Assembly: GCA_965287045.1 (NCBI GenBank)
Contig: OZ336879.1
Span: forward strand, 19,034,001-19,098,000
DNA length: 64,000 nucleotides
Reading direction: 5' to 3'
Origin: Carcharhinus amblyrhynchos
Taxonomy: Eukaryota
Shown here: piece by piece, positions 51,721 through 63,550 of the stretch
How positions within the stretch are numbered: position 1 is the first letter of the stretch
Layout: every line of letters begins with the position of its first letter
The notes under the pieces: generated by a model
Databases searched by the model: none
What the model saw: only the letters and a program-made list of their open reading frames with translations
What the model was told of the DNA's origin: nothing
Program-made: the position numbers and the translations under genes

Positions 51721-53112
51721 AGGCAGCATGATTGCACAGTGCTGCCTCACAGCACCAGGGACTCGAGTTCAATTCCAGCCTTGGATGACTGTGTGGAGTT
51801 TGCACATTTTTGCCATATCTGTGTGAGTTTCCTCTGGGTGGTATAGTTTCCTCCCACAGTCCAAAGATGTGCGGGTTAAGTTAATTAGCAGCGCTAAATG
51901 GACCCTTAGTGCCCAATTTTACCAACAAATTGCACCCATTTTCAGGCACAAAATTTTGGTAAAGTCAGGCGTGAGGCCAGTAGTGTGACCGACAACTGCC
52001 TCCACACGGGTTCCCCCTTTTACCAAGTGGCCGTGATTGGGATCATGCCAGAAACTGGTGCAACTGGTGAAAAATGACTCAGTGGACTGAATCCTCAAAC
52101 TTATCTGCATTTCCCCCTTTACCACTGTGTTCGCCTATCCAGATTCAGCATGAGACATGGTCCACAAATGTCTGTTTCAGATGTTCCAACTTCTGAGGAG
52201 GTAAGTTCAAAGTTTCCAGCAGCTCTCTGACTCAAATCGTTGGTGGGGGGGAAAAAGGGAGATGGGTCAAATCATTCTCTAGTGGTCGGGAGGAGGAGAA
52301 GGGAAGAGGAAGGGGGTCAGATAGATCTCTGGTAGGGGTGGGAAGAGAAGGAGGGAAGCAGGCTAGATTGCTCTCTGGTGGGGTTGGGAGGGAGGTGGGC
52401 CAGGTGGATTTTTGATGGGGGTGGGAGGGAGGCAGGCCAGATGGATCTTTGGTGAGGGAGGGCTTGGGGGAAAAGGTGAGCCAGATCGTTCTCTGGTGGG
52501 GGGAAAAAGAAGGGGGATGTGGGTTAGGTGGAGCTCTGGTGGGGGGGCGGGGGGGTGGTGTGGAGGAAGGGGGTTCCGTTGCCCCTTTGTGTGTGATCAA
52601 TGGGGGGGGGGGGGGGGAAAGAGGGGTCTGCTACCACTCTGCATGTGATTGGTGGGGAGGAAAGTGGGGCAGGGGTTAGTGATCTGTCTGGTTAGTGGAG
52701 GGTGATGGGTGGATAAGAGGGACAGTTACGTTGTGGGGGCAACAATATCTTTGTGGCCCTGAAGCAACATGGCAGGGGAGCATTTTTCAAATTTATTTAA
52801 CTGTGCATGTGTAGTTGATGGCCCTGATCGAAGCAGCAGAGTTTCGGGTGTAGTAATCCCCACCCACATGCTTCTGCAGTACGACTCAGAACTACTGCTA
52901 TTTTTTCAGTCAGAGCACTGGAGAATAGGTCTAAAAGTCAGATCTGAAACATTCCCAGATTCAGCACTTAGAATCAAAATGGTAAAAAAATTGGGCTTTT
53001 AGTGTTAGGGAGATTAGCAGAGTAAATATGTGGGTTTATGGAGATAGACCCTGGGTGGGATTGTTATCAGTACAAACTTGATGGGCCAAATAGCCTCCTT
53101 CTGCACTGTAGA
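51721..53112 (+). mobile_element. HE1 V-SINE split by a MITE
   Basis: 5' part 51721-51908 and 3' part 53002-53112 join into a normal HE1. Confidence 0.85.
51909..52998. mobile_element. PIF/Harbinger-type MITE with TTA TSD
   Basis: TIRs gtgcccaattttacca / tggtaaaaaaattgggctt; TTA at 51906-51908 and 52999-53001; G-rich internal tandem units. Confidence 0.85.
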
Positions 53113-53567
53113 CGATAAGTGATTCCAGAGGTATATGCAGTAGGAAATCAAATGGAAGTGAATTGTGGGAGTACTATAAGGAAACAAAAGTTCAACCCTG
53201 TAAATTTTACCTAAGAAATGCTATCAGGGAGTTTGCCATCCTGAAGAGAGTGATCAATACTTGGAATGGACTTTTCAGTAGGATAGTGCAGACAAGTACT
53301 CTGCAATCATTGAAGAAGCTATTAGGTCCAACAATGGGCATGTAAGTGTCTGGATGTACAAAATAATCTTCCTCACTTGCTGTTGAGTCAGTGTATGGTT
53401 TATGCAAAGACATCATTTTAAGATCTTTCTGCCTATGCAATTACAGTTAAATACTAACCTTAAAAAAACACTTTAACTTCACTACATTTTAAAACTCAGA
53501 AGGCATGCTGGGTTAGCTAGAAAATTGACTGCATTTTTGAAAAATACAATGCCAGCAAAATCAGGCT

Positions 53568-53573
53568 TTTATT
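53568..53573 (-). terminator. Candidate polyadenylation signal AATAAA
   Basis: tttatt on the plus strand, downstream of the candidate terminal exon. Confidence 0.3.
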
Positions 53574-53732
53574 AGCCAAACAAAATTTCTCGTAAACAAC
53601 ATCTACAAGGCCAAGTCTGTTTCTCCAAGATAGAGACAGCATGTGCCAAACAATTTTGATAACAAGATAATGAGTCTCATATATTGTCATTTCAGCTCAT
53701 TTTTTCAGTGTAGTCCAGCTTTGTTTTTGAAT

Positions 53733-53952
53733 TCAGTTTGTGCTCAGTACAGGGCTGGCAGGAAAAGCGAATCTTTTTCTCTCCGGCTCTTTTTTCTCTG
53801 TTTGCTTTTGTAACGATTTAGTTTTAAATTCTGTCCAATAAAATAAATTCATTGTACCAATGCCATCTTCATCTATTCGAAGGAATGAGTGGATCCTACA
53901 CCTGCGTTCGTCTTGTGGTCTTATTGAAGGAGTTAATGTAAACCTTAAAAAC
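53733..53952 (-). CDS. Candidate terminal coding exon of an unidentified gene (xFLRFTLTPSIRPQDERRCRIHSFLRIDEDGIGTMNLFYWTEFKTKSLQKQTEKKEPERKRFAFPASPVLSTN*)
   Basis: Acceptor tttatttttgtgatgtcAG, 72 open codons to TGA, CpG retention, unique sequence, AATAAA about 160 nt downstream. Confidence 0.45.
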
Positions 53953-54695
53953 CTGACATCACAAAAATAAATACATGTCCAGTATTACCTTAGAGATGCT
54001 CTCACAATGACCACAGAGCTCCCTCAGAACCATGATGGGAATGTCCGTTTATCAATGTTAATGAAGTTTACTCTGTATTCAGCGTAAAGTAGCTGTGTGA
54101 AGGATAGGTTCTCAAAAACCTCCCAACAATATTCACTTCCAAAACAGCTCTGAAGAAAGGTCTATAATGAAGGCCACTGATTTAATGCAAACTGAATAAT
54201 TTAAATCCATTTTTTAAATTAGATAAATTTTGGGATTTAAGATAGATCTTATTCTGCAATTCAGTTTGTTCCTCTGTGTAAACTGCAATCTAATGATCTC
54301 ATATATGACACACAAAATGAAATAATTAGATGTGTAGAGGGACATTACTGCAGCTGTTATTCAAGGGAAAAACAGGAAGAAATCTCACTGAAATTACGGA
54401 TGAAGCAATGTAAAAATTGGACAATAAGATAAATCATAGAAGCAGCAACTGAACTTTTAAACATCTCCCAAAGTCAATTGGAATTTTTCTGCATTGCCTG
54501 AGGTGGAATTTTAATAACAATAGTAGCAACATCTGCTTATATAAAATAAAACATCCCATGCTGTTTCGCAGCAGCATGATAAAGCAAACTTTGACACTGA
54601 GCTACATAAAGAGATATTAATGCAGACGGCCAAAAGCTTAGTCAAAACCTATGTTTTAGTGAGTTACTGAAAAAACAAAAGAGATTTAGTAAACA

Positions 54696-55013
54696 TGGCA
54701 AGGTGGCACAGTGGTTAGCACTGCTGTCTCACAGAGCCAGAGACCCAGGTTCAATTCCCAGCTTGGTTCACAGATTGTATGGAGTTTTCATGTTCTCCCC
54801 GTATCTTTGTGGGTTTCTGCCAGGCGGTCCAGTTTCCTCCCACAGCCCAAAGACGTGCGGGTTAGGTGGATCGGCCATGCTAAATTGCCTTTAGTGTCAG
54901 AAGGTTGAGCTAGGGTAAATGCATGGGGTTATGGGGATAGGGCCTGGGTGGGATTGTGATTGGTGCAGACTCGATGGGCCAACTGGCCTCCTTCTGGACT
55001 GTAGAATTCTATG
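54696..55013 (+). mobile_element. HE1 V-SINE
   Basis: Complete head, core and tail. Confidence 0.92.
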
Positions 55014-55137
55014 AGGGGGAGAGGTTTGAGGAAAGAATGTCAATGCTGAGAGCCTGGGCAACTGAAAATATATCACCAGTGATGGAGTGATTAAAATTGG
55101 GAATGTACCAGAGGCCAAATCAGAGATGAGCAGGTAT

Positions 55138-55340
55138 CATAGAATCCTTACAATACAGAACTAGTCCATTTGGTCCATTGAGTCTGCACCAACTCTCCTA
55201 CAGAGCCTCTTGCCAAGGCTCAGCCCACCCCACCCCGTGCTCTATTCACTTAACCTCACACCATTTACTCAACTCATTCCCCTATGCTTGGGACACTAAT
55301 GAGCAATTTGGCATGGCCAATTCCCATAACCTGCACATCG
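55138..55340 (-). mobile_element. HE1-like SINE 3' half
   Basis: catagaatcc tail ... ggcatggccaattcccataacctgcacatc. Confidence 0.7.
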
Positions 55341-55479
55341 TTGATATCTTAGAGGGATGTAGGCTGGAGGAAGTCACAGAGATAAGAAAAGGCAAGAACG
55401 GGTAAACCTGGATGACATGTTCTTTATGGTGCAGTCAGTTAATGGCCTCTTTCTGCACTGTAGAGATTCTTTGATGCTA

Positions 55480-55820
55480 TGTGACAGCCTAGATATATTG
55501 TCACTAGACTATTAATCCAGAAATTCAGCTCATATTCTGGGGACCCATGTTCGAATCCCACCATGGCAGATGATGGAATTTTAATTCAGTAAAAAACATC
55601 TGTAATTAAGAATCTACTGATGACCATGAAACCATTGTTGATTGTTGGAAAAACCCATATGGTTCACTAATGTCCTTTAGGGATGGAGATCTGTTGTCCT
55701 TACCTGGTCTGGCCTATATGTGACTCCGGCAACGTGGTCTCAACTGTCCTTGGGCAACTAGGGATCGGCAATAAATGCTGACCAGCCAGTGACGCCGTGT
55801 CCCACAAATGAATGAAAAAA
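55480..55820 (+). mobile_element. SINE family B, near complete
   Basis: B box atgttcgaatccc, core ggttcactaatgtcctttaggga, tail gcaataaatgctgaccagccagtgacgcc...atgaatgaaaaaa. Confidence 0.85.
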
Positions 55821-56989
55821 TGGTAACTGACTCAGGCAGAGAAGGCAATTCTGCCACTGCCTCCAAGCCTGCAGCACGTAACAGAATGAGGAAAACAGGG
55901 AAGACAACTTCTGCCAGGAGTGATGGAGCAAGCAGAAAAAAAGAGTCAGAGGAGGAACATGAGGAAGCAGGGAAGAGGCATCTTGGACCCCAAATAACTA
56001 GACAGCGTAAAAAATAATGGATTGTGAGCTTCCGGTTCCACTAAATAAAATATACCCATCTCAACCTGGACCTAAATCATCGCCCTCACATTCATTTCAC
56101 ACTATCCCATCACATACTCATCTTGCTCAATGTCCAGTGTAAGCCAAAGTATTATTTACCCACTCATTTTGCAATCACTTTTTGACAATGTAACCTTTTC
56201 CTTATTTATTTTATATTAATCAAAATGGACTTGTGCTGTAATCCTGTGTGTGTAGAGTCTGTTTCATGCTGATGACATGGAACGTCGAGGTAAAAGGCAT
56301 GAAGACTGAAGACACAAAGAATTATATTAATCGGCATTGCGGACTCAAAACACAAAGTATTATAGTCAATTTAGTCAAGTTTAAGCTTTCCTAGCATCAG
56401 CAAAGATCTACATTATGGGTGGGATTTATTGGCATGTCCTCCAATTCTGAATTCTGTACGATCCCACACAAGGCCACTGGAGAGTGCCGTTCTCTGACCC
56501 TCACCCATCCCTGGAATCAGGGTGGGCATATCGGTAAAATTCTGGCCAATGACTTAAACTGTAGCAGGATCCGTATCAGAAGAAATAAGCATATGGAGTC
56601 TCATGAATAGGCAATAAATGTGTTGCTTTCTGCCAGCTTTGGAGATAGATAACAGTGTTGGAGATAAGAAAGCTGAGTCAAACTGGCTATGGTATTTCAA
56701 GTGTGACCTTTGAATGTGGCCTACCAGGGGACACTGCGAAGGCATAGAAATGGGAACTGATGTAATTGAAACCAATTAAATGGATTAAAAAAGATTTTTC
56801 CTTCTCTGGCACATGCCCATTGCAAAAAAAAATTTGAAGAAAGATCCCACAGAACCATTGGGGCTGCAGTGTTTAAAACAATTTTTCAGTTTGTTCAGAG
56901 AAGGCCCATTGATGAACTAAGCAACTAGTATGGTTATGAGTATTTACTGCTTCCTGGTTTAATAGAGGTGTATCACCTAGCCACACTAA

Positions 56990-58160
56990 CTCTCTGAAAG
57001 ACTGTTCTGCCTAGTCCAACTCCTGCGCCCTATCCACATTATTTTGCAAATCTTTCTTTTCAGATAGCAATCTAATTCCCTGTTGAATGACTTGATCAAA
57101 TATATCTCCATTAACATCTCAAGAAATTCATTCCAGACCCGCTGAGTGAAAAACATTTTCCTCACATCACTTTTATACTTCTTGTAAATTATTTTGAATC
57201 TTTGCTCTCTCATCCAATATGATCTGAGTGGGAACAGCATCTCACTATTTACCCTATCCACATTCCTTAGGATCTTGAAAAGCTCTGTCCAGTTTTCTCA
57301 TAGCCTTTCTCTCCTTCAACCTTTTCAGACTGCTCGAGGAGTCCGTATACCCCTTTGAGCATTGAGGTCTACTCAAGGTGGAAGCTGTCTGGTTCAATAT
57401 GGTGGAATCTAATGATCTCCATCAGGGTCTTCACTGTAGCATTGATATGTTGGAGGATATGTCCTGTTTTCTAGTAGAAGTTGAGACAGTGGCCACCAGT
57501 TATTCCATCAGCAGTGTGTGTCCAACAGTGTTGCCATAGAGTTGAACACCACTCCACAAAAGGACAGGTTCCAAGCTCATATAAAGGATTACATGCACAG
57601 GAAATGGGCCCCAGAAGCAAGGTATATGACCCAACCACTCTATGTCAATGTTTATGCTCCATTCAGTTATTCATCCACTTTCCTTCATCTAAATCTATCA
57701 GCGTAATCTTCCATTCCCTTCTCTGCCTTATGCATTTCTAGCTTTCTCTTGAATGCACCAATATTGTTTGTTTCAATTACTCTCTGTCATCATAAGTTCC
57801 ACACTGTCATCACTCTGTGGTAAATAAATTCCTTCTGAATTCCCAATTGGAATTTTTTTGATGAGTATCTAATACTGATGGCCCATGGTTATGCTGTTCT
57901 CCAATAACTTGGTATCCAATCTATTAACCTTTTCATAATTTTAAAAACCTCTATTAAGTCACTCCAAATCTTTATTTAATGGGATATGACACCTAACCAG
58001 TCAATCACTTCCAGATATGCACGTCCACACATTTCTATTATCATCGTAATTTTTTTCTGCACCTTCTCCAGTGCTTCTAAATATCTGCACACAGCACTCT
58101 TACATTTGGTTTCATCAGGTTTGATACTGATCTAGCATTACATTCCTCCTTTTAACATTG
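56990..58160 (-). mobile_element. CR1 3' fragments (56990-57310 and 57680-58160)
   Basis: ORF 56986-57261 MDRVNSEMLFPL...FFTQRVWNE; second eroded copy. Confidence 0.7.
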
Positions 58161-58163
58161 GAG

Positions 58164-58455
58164 TTAATTGGAGTTGGACACCTCTATGATCCTGCTGAGT
58201 GACAGAAGATTTTCCAGTAGATCTGCCATTGCCTCAAGTATCTCAATGTACATTGCCATTAGCATTCTCCTGCGTACTGCCCAGTCCAGCATTGTTGCCA
58301 CACACAAGATGCCAAACCTCAGGTATTCACCACAAGGATGGCATCCTCCCATTCCCTCTACAGGTTGTACTTTTAAGGCATCTTTGCCATCTGGAGAAAC
58401 CATGCTATCCTGCTAGATTCCACCACAATGAAGAGTTCTGTGTCATTACCCATCA
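58164..58455 (-). pseudogene. Harbinger Myb/SANT partner-gene C-terminal remnant (tentative)
   Basis: AVRRRMLMAMYIEILEAMADLLENLLSLSRIIEVSNSN resembles the helical C-terminal part of such ORFs. Confidence 0.35.
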
Positions 58456-58459
58456 CCCA

Positions 58460-58785
58460 TTGACTTTGTCTATACAGAGCCACAATAATTAAGGAACTCA
58501 CCCAACCCAGACATATTCTCTTCCACCTTCTTCTGTCAGGAAAAAGTCTGAGGACACATAGCAACCAACTCAAGAACAGCTTCTCCCCTGCTGCCATTAG
58601 ATTTTTGAATGGACCTACGTCACATTTAGTTGATCTTTCTCTACACCCTAGCTGTGACTAACACTAGACTCTGCACTGTCTCCTTTCCTTCTCTATGTAC
58701 GGTATCCTCTGTCTGTACAGCACGCAAGAAACAAGACTTTTCACTGTATACCAATACATGTGACAATAATAAATCAAATCAAAAT
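58460..58785 (+). mobile_element. Rex1/Babar-type LINE 3' end
   Basis: NQLKNSFSPAAIRFLNG; tail ttttcactgtataccaatacatgtgacaataataaatcaaatcaaa. Confidence 0.8.
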
Positions 58786-58995
58786 TAAAATGGGGACCCC
58801 TCATCCTTCCAATGATTCAACATGATTTTCCATCAGCCATGAATTTCAGATGCACAGTCTCTCTTTAGTGATCAGAACATCCTTAAGAGGAACAAGTGCC
58901 TAGAATGCACAATGTTGCTGGACTGGCCCCCATCGCAACTGCAGAGGCCAGAGGCAGCATGGAAAACAAAGAGTCTGGATGAGTAAGTCATTTGA

Positions 58996-59068
58996 TGTGG
59001 AGATGCCAGCGTTGGACTGGGGTAAAAACAGAAAGAAGTCTTTAAGCTGGCATTCTGAGACTTCATTC
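58996..59068. mobile_element. Minimal family A insertion
   Basis: tgtggagatgccagcgttggactggggtaaa; 16-bp TSD tgagtaagtcatttga / tgagtaaatcgtttga (58980-58995, 59069-59084). Confidence 0.75.
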
Positions 59069-59238
59069 TGAGTAAATCGTTTGACATAACAGCAGTGTCA
59101 ATCAGATGAGATGGGTGTACAATCATTGCATTCTGCCTGACACAATTTAAATAGATATGGGCAGATTGTGAATTGTAACCCCATGTTGAAAAAGCAGGGC
59201 AGATCAAATTTGACCCCAAAAGGTTGAATACACAATAC

Positions 59239-59313
59239 CGTTTGGATTACACAATACGAGAAGAATCCCTTTAAACTGAAAAATGATGCATCCCGATTTA
59301 CTAATGAAACTTG
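59239..59313 (-). CDS. Weak candidate internal exon (QVSLVNRDASFFSLKGFFSYCVIQT or alternative frame)
   Basis: Strong acceptor tttttttttcAG, donor ACG/GTattg, 75 nt, two frames open. Confidence 0.2.
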
Positions 59314-59744
59314 CTGAAAAAAAAACATTGCTGAATGAAAGCTCATTTAAATCGTTAGTGGAAAGATCTGCGGGCAGTGAAAATACATCAGATGTGTCAT
59401 TAAGTAGGATGTAATTTCAACACTATGTAGTCTTGTCAACAGTTCCTGTTTTAATGCAGCCTCTGAGTATTTTATAATATAGTCTTAAACATAACATTTT
59501 CTGAAACTGCCTCTCATTATGGTAATAACAACTGAAAGTGCAGATTTAGAAGCAATGATGATCTGTCATATTAAGACAAATGGAACACTTTAAGAATGAC
59601 TGGCCAGATGAAATATTATTGCATTGTCAATACCCAATTTCCTGAGGGGAGCGAGAGACAGCTTTGAATGCCCAAAGGGTATCTCAGCATCAAGTGATTA
59701 ACTGATTCAACCATTCAGCTTATGTTGAGTGAGTTAAATTGAGA

Positions 59745-60110
59745 TCATAGAATCATAAAATCATAGAATCCCTACAGTGCAGGAGGCCATTCAGCCCATC
59801 AAGTCTGCACTGACCCTGACAGCACATCTTACCTAGGCACTTGCCCTCGCCCTATCCACATAACCCCAGACATTTACCACGGTCAATCCATGTAACCTAC
59901 ACATCTTGGAACACAAGGTAATTTTAGCATTACCAATCAACCTAAGCTACACATCTTTTAGGGTAAGGGAGTAAACTGGAACACCCGGAGGAAATTCACT
60001 CAGACACAAGGAAAAGGTACAGACTCCACACAGACAGTGACCCAAGGCTGGAATTGAACCCGGATCCCTGACGCTGCGAGGCAGCAGTGCTAACCACTGT
60101 GCTACCGTAC
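59745..60110 (-). mobile_element. HE1 V-SINE
   Basis: Complete reverse copy with (catagaat)n tail. Confidence 0.9.
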
Positions 60111-60259
60111 TGTCCCTGCAAGGCAAGACACAGCCATCAAAAAAAAGATGCAAGTTGCTAGAATGCTGCTTTTCGCAGCTTAGTCTGTTAGTTTTTTATA
60201 GTCCATTTTATATAGTAAAATCTTTTAACCACAAAGTTGGTCTAAGTACAAATGAGGGC

Positions 60260-60660
60260 AACAGGATGTCTAGAACATTGATGAAAGATGGAATTGTTTA
60301 TCTCCTTAAGATTGTGACCTATACCTCCATACAAAAACGAGAATTGAAGATGGAGGATATTGACACAGACAGACAGTCATAGATGACCATGAACTCTCAA
60401 GGTTGACAATACGTAGGGGCAACAGAAGAAGCAAGTAGAAGTGACAAGCTCAGTTGGCTGTGAAGAGAGTCCAGAAAAAACAGAGGGCAGAAAATCTTGC
60501 ACCTTCCCAACCCACTGCCTTCAAGTGCAACAAAGTGGCAGAGTCTGCCATGTCAGAGCAGGGCTCTTGTGTCACGTCAGGCAATGTTTAACACAGAACT
60601 GGCTACCAAGCAGCAAACCATCATCACCTGAGATGGAAGGATGTCAATGAAGACGCATGT
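60260..60660 (+). mobile_element. RTE LINE 3' end
   Basis: C-terminal Cys/His motif FKCNK-GRVCHVRAGLLCHVRQC; tail ccatcatcacctgagatggaaggatg. Confidence 0.65.
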
Positions 60661-60809
60661 CCTTCAGCAATGTGACTTAAGGATGGAGAAATAAACAGGA
60701 CTGAGAAAAGGCGGAATTCTCAAACATTTTTGTTTAATGGTCCTCTTTTCGAATAGAATAATTATCATGGATACCCCACCTAAACTTCAGTATTTTATAA
60801 TACACTTGC

Positions 60810-61760
60810 TATAGCAGGGAGTGCAGTAAAGGATTACCAGGCTGATTCTTGGGATAGCAGGTTTGTCATACGAAGGCAGACTCAGTCAGTTAAAGTTTAA
60901 CTTTTATTTATTAGTCACCAGTGGGCTTACATTAACACTGCAATGAAGTCACTGTGAAAATCATTTAGTCATCAGACTCTGGCACCTCTTCAGGTACACT
61001 GAGGGACAATTTGGCATGGCCAATGCATCTAACTAGCACAACTTTCAGGCAGTGGGAGGAAACCGGAGTACCCTGAGGAAATCCACACAATCACTGAGAG
61101 AACGTGTAGACTCCGCACAGTGAACCCAACGGAATTGAACCCAGCTCCCTGGTGCTGTGAGGCAGCAGTGCTAACCACAATTCTGCCTTGGAATTTAGAA
61201 GAATGAGAGAGAGAATCTCATGTAAAATAATAAAATTTAAACAGAATTAAACAGGGTAGATTCAGAAAGAATGTTCCTGATGGCGGGGGAGTTCAGATCT
61301 AGGGTTCATAGCTTAACAATAAGGGGTAAACATTTTAGGATTGAGATGAGGAGAGATTTCTATCCCCAGAGAGTGGTGAATATGTGGAATTCACTACAAC
61401 ATGAAGTAGCTAAGGCCTAAACATTGTGTGATTTGAAGAAAATTAAATATAATTCTTGGGCTAAAGGGATCAAGGAATATCAGAGCGTAGGGTGGGTGGT
61501 CGGGGATAAGGGATGAGGACATTGTTATTCTGGTTGATCAGCAAATTCAATGAATGGTGGAGCAAGTTTGAAAAAGGGCCAAATGAACTACTTCTGCTCC
61601 TATTTTCTCTCACACCCTTGTGTGGTTGGGGTGTGGAGGTGAGGGGCGGGGGGGGGAGCGTGGAGCGTGGTTTGGGAAAAATATCAGCCACAATTGAATG
61701 GCGGAGAAACTCGATGGACCGGGTGGCCTAATTCTACTCCATGTCTTATGGTCTTATGTG
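60810..61760 (+). mobile_element. CR1 3' fragment containing a minus-strand alternative-tail V-SINE (60905-61180)
   Basis: TRLILGIAGLSYEGRL ... RRDFYPQRVVNMWNSL; SINE insert between them; tail atgtcttatggtcttatg. Confidence 0.85.
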
Positions 61761-62192
61761 CATGGAGGGGTGCAATGCACATTCTTTACCATGACCATGA
61801 AGGGTGAGCGCTAATGTTGACCATCAGTGAGGCCAGCCCTGAATCGTACCCCTGCAGATTCAGTCTCTGGACTTCAGGGGTCTGTGGAGATCAGTCTGAG
61901 AACTAATAACTTAGCCTGGGTGAATTAAATGCTAAAATCAGGTATATCTGTCCTGTTCTCCTTGTACCTACTCCCATCAGGAAGTCTGTTGTCATGTTAT
62001 GGCATGCTCACCTGATTTGTCATGTCCTCACACATCCACTGCAGCATGCCTGCAAACTCCCGATGACATTCATCATCCAAGTATGCTGAGGTCAACGCCT
62101 CTTTCTGCTGTCCGGCACTTTACCCTCTAGAAGGGATCTCTATGACTTTACAGTTGGGGCCAAAAAGCTGAAAGCCTGCCTGTAGTAATTCA

Positions 62193-62287
62193 TGATTTGG
62201 AGATGCCAGGGTAAACACAGTAAGAAGTCTCACAACACCAGGTTAAAGTCCATCAGGTTGTGCTTCCAAATAAACGTCTTACTACGA
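62193..62287. mobile_element. Truncated family A insertion
   Basis: ggagatgcc...aacacagtaagaagtctcacaacaccaggttaaagtcc; 9-bp TSD agtaattca (62184-62192, 62288-62296). Confidence 0.8.
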
Positions 62288-62564
62288 AGTAATTCAGCTA
62301 AATATCAGTTAACCATTACCGACACACTTTGTTGGACAACAAAGGAAATGACCATTTCTGTGACTTACAATCAGGTAGTCTTCATCTCAGGACCTATAAC
62401 TCCTGTCTGGGTAAAGTTATAAGCTTAAAAAACTACTCCTGGCTCAGTCCCATTGTGAGTCTCCACTTACTCAGTAAGGCAGAGGCCCCATGTTTACATC
62501 GATTGAGCTTTCATGGCCATTATAATGCTGACATTTTATTTTCTGCATGTCACTCTAAATAAAA

Positions 62565-62863
62565 TGGGTGGCACAGTGGCTCAGTTGTTAGCTCTGCTGC
62601 CTCACAGCGCCAAGGACCCGGTTCAATTCCGGCCTCGGTTCACTGTCTGTGCAGAGTCTGCACGTTCTTCCCACGTCTGCATGGGTTTCCTCTAGGTGCT
62701 CCAGTTTCCTCCTACAGTCCCAAAGACACGCTTGTTGGGTACATTGACCATGCTAAATGCTCTCTGTGTACCCGAACAGGTGCCGAAGTGTGGTGACCAA
62801 GTGATTTTCACAGTAACTTCATTACGGTGCTAATGTAAGCCTACTTGTGACATAAACAAATAA
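62565..62863 (+). mobile_element. V-SINE, alternative-tail subfamily
   Basis: V-SINE head and core; tail gattttcacagtaacttcattacggtgctaatgtaagcctacttgtgacataaacaaataaa. Confidence 0.9.
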
Positions 62864-63267
62864 ATTCTCACTGAGAACTACAAAATAAGCACCTTAAAAT
62901 AATTGCTAAAAAACCGAAGAAGGACCTGACTTCCATCCCTGTTGGCAATGGAATTTTAAACAATCCATTCAATAAATAAATAAATAAAGGAAGATTAGAT
63001 TGAGGGAGTGAGGAAGAAGCAGAGAAAAAAAAGAAAATTTATAAAATTTAAAACATGACAGTTTTAAACCCACACAGCATTTCAGTACATAAAGGAACGA
63101 GACTCCACACTTTATTCGCTTTCTGGGTGCATGAAGTCAACTGGCAGCCATTAACAGTTATCACATCATAAAATGTACACAAATATTATCAGTTACTGGT
63201 TTTAATTTCCTGGGTAAAGTTTGTTGGTCAACTAATATGTGAAAACACTGCAACTTCATGAAACTGA

Positions 63268-63550
63268 GGCATGGACGGCAAAGTGATTGGCACTGCTGTT
63301 TCACAGCACCAAGGACCCAGGTTCAATTCCCGATGTGGGTCACTGTCTGTGTGGTGCCTGCACGTTCTCCCTGTGTGTGTGGGTTTCCTTCAGGTGCTCA
63401 GGTTTTCTCCCACAGTCTGAAAGATGTCCAGGTTAGGTGCATTGGCCAGGCTACATTATCCCTCAGTACCCGAACAGGCACCAGAGTGTGGTGATTTTCA
63501 CAGTAACTTCATTGCAGTGTTAATGTAAGCCTATTTGTGACACTAATAAG
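63268..63550 (+). mobile_element. V-SINE, alternative-tail subfamily
   Basis: Same structure; tail cctatttgtgacactaataa. Confidence 0.88.

Noticed and set aside
52232-52679. Pro-rich and Gly-rich ORFs
   Set aside because: Translate the G-rich tandem interior of the MITE
62340-62530. Two minus-strand GTAAGT donor consensus sites
   Set aside because: Upstream frames contain stops in all phases from the nearest acceptors
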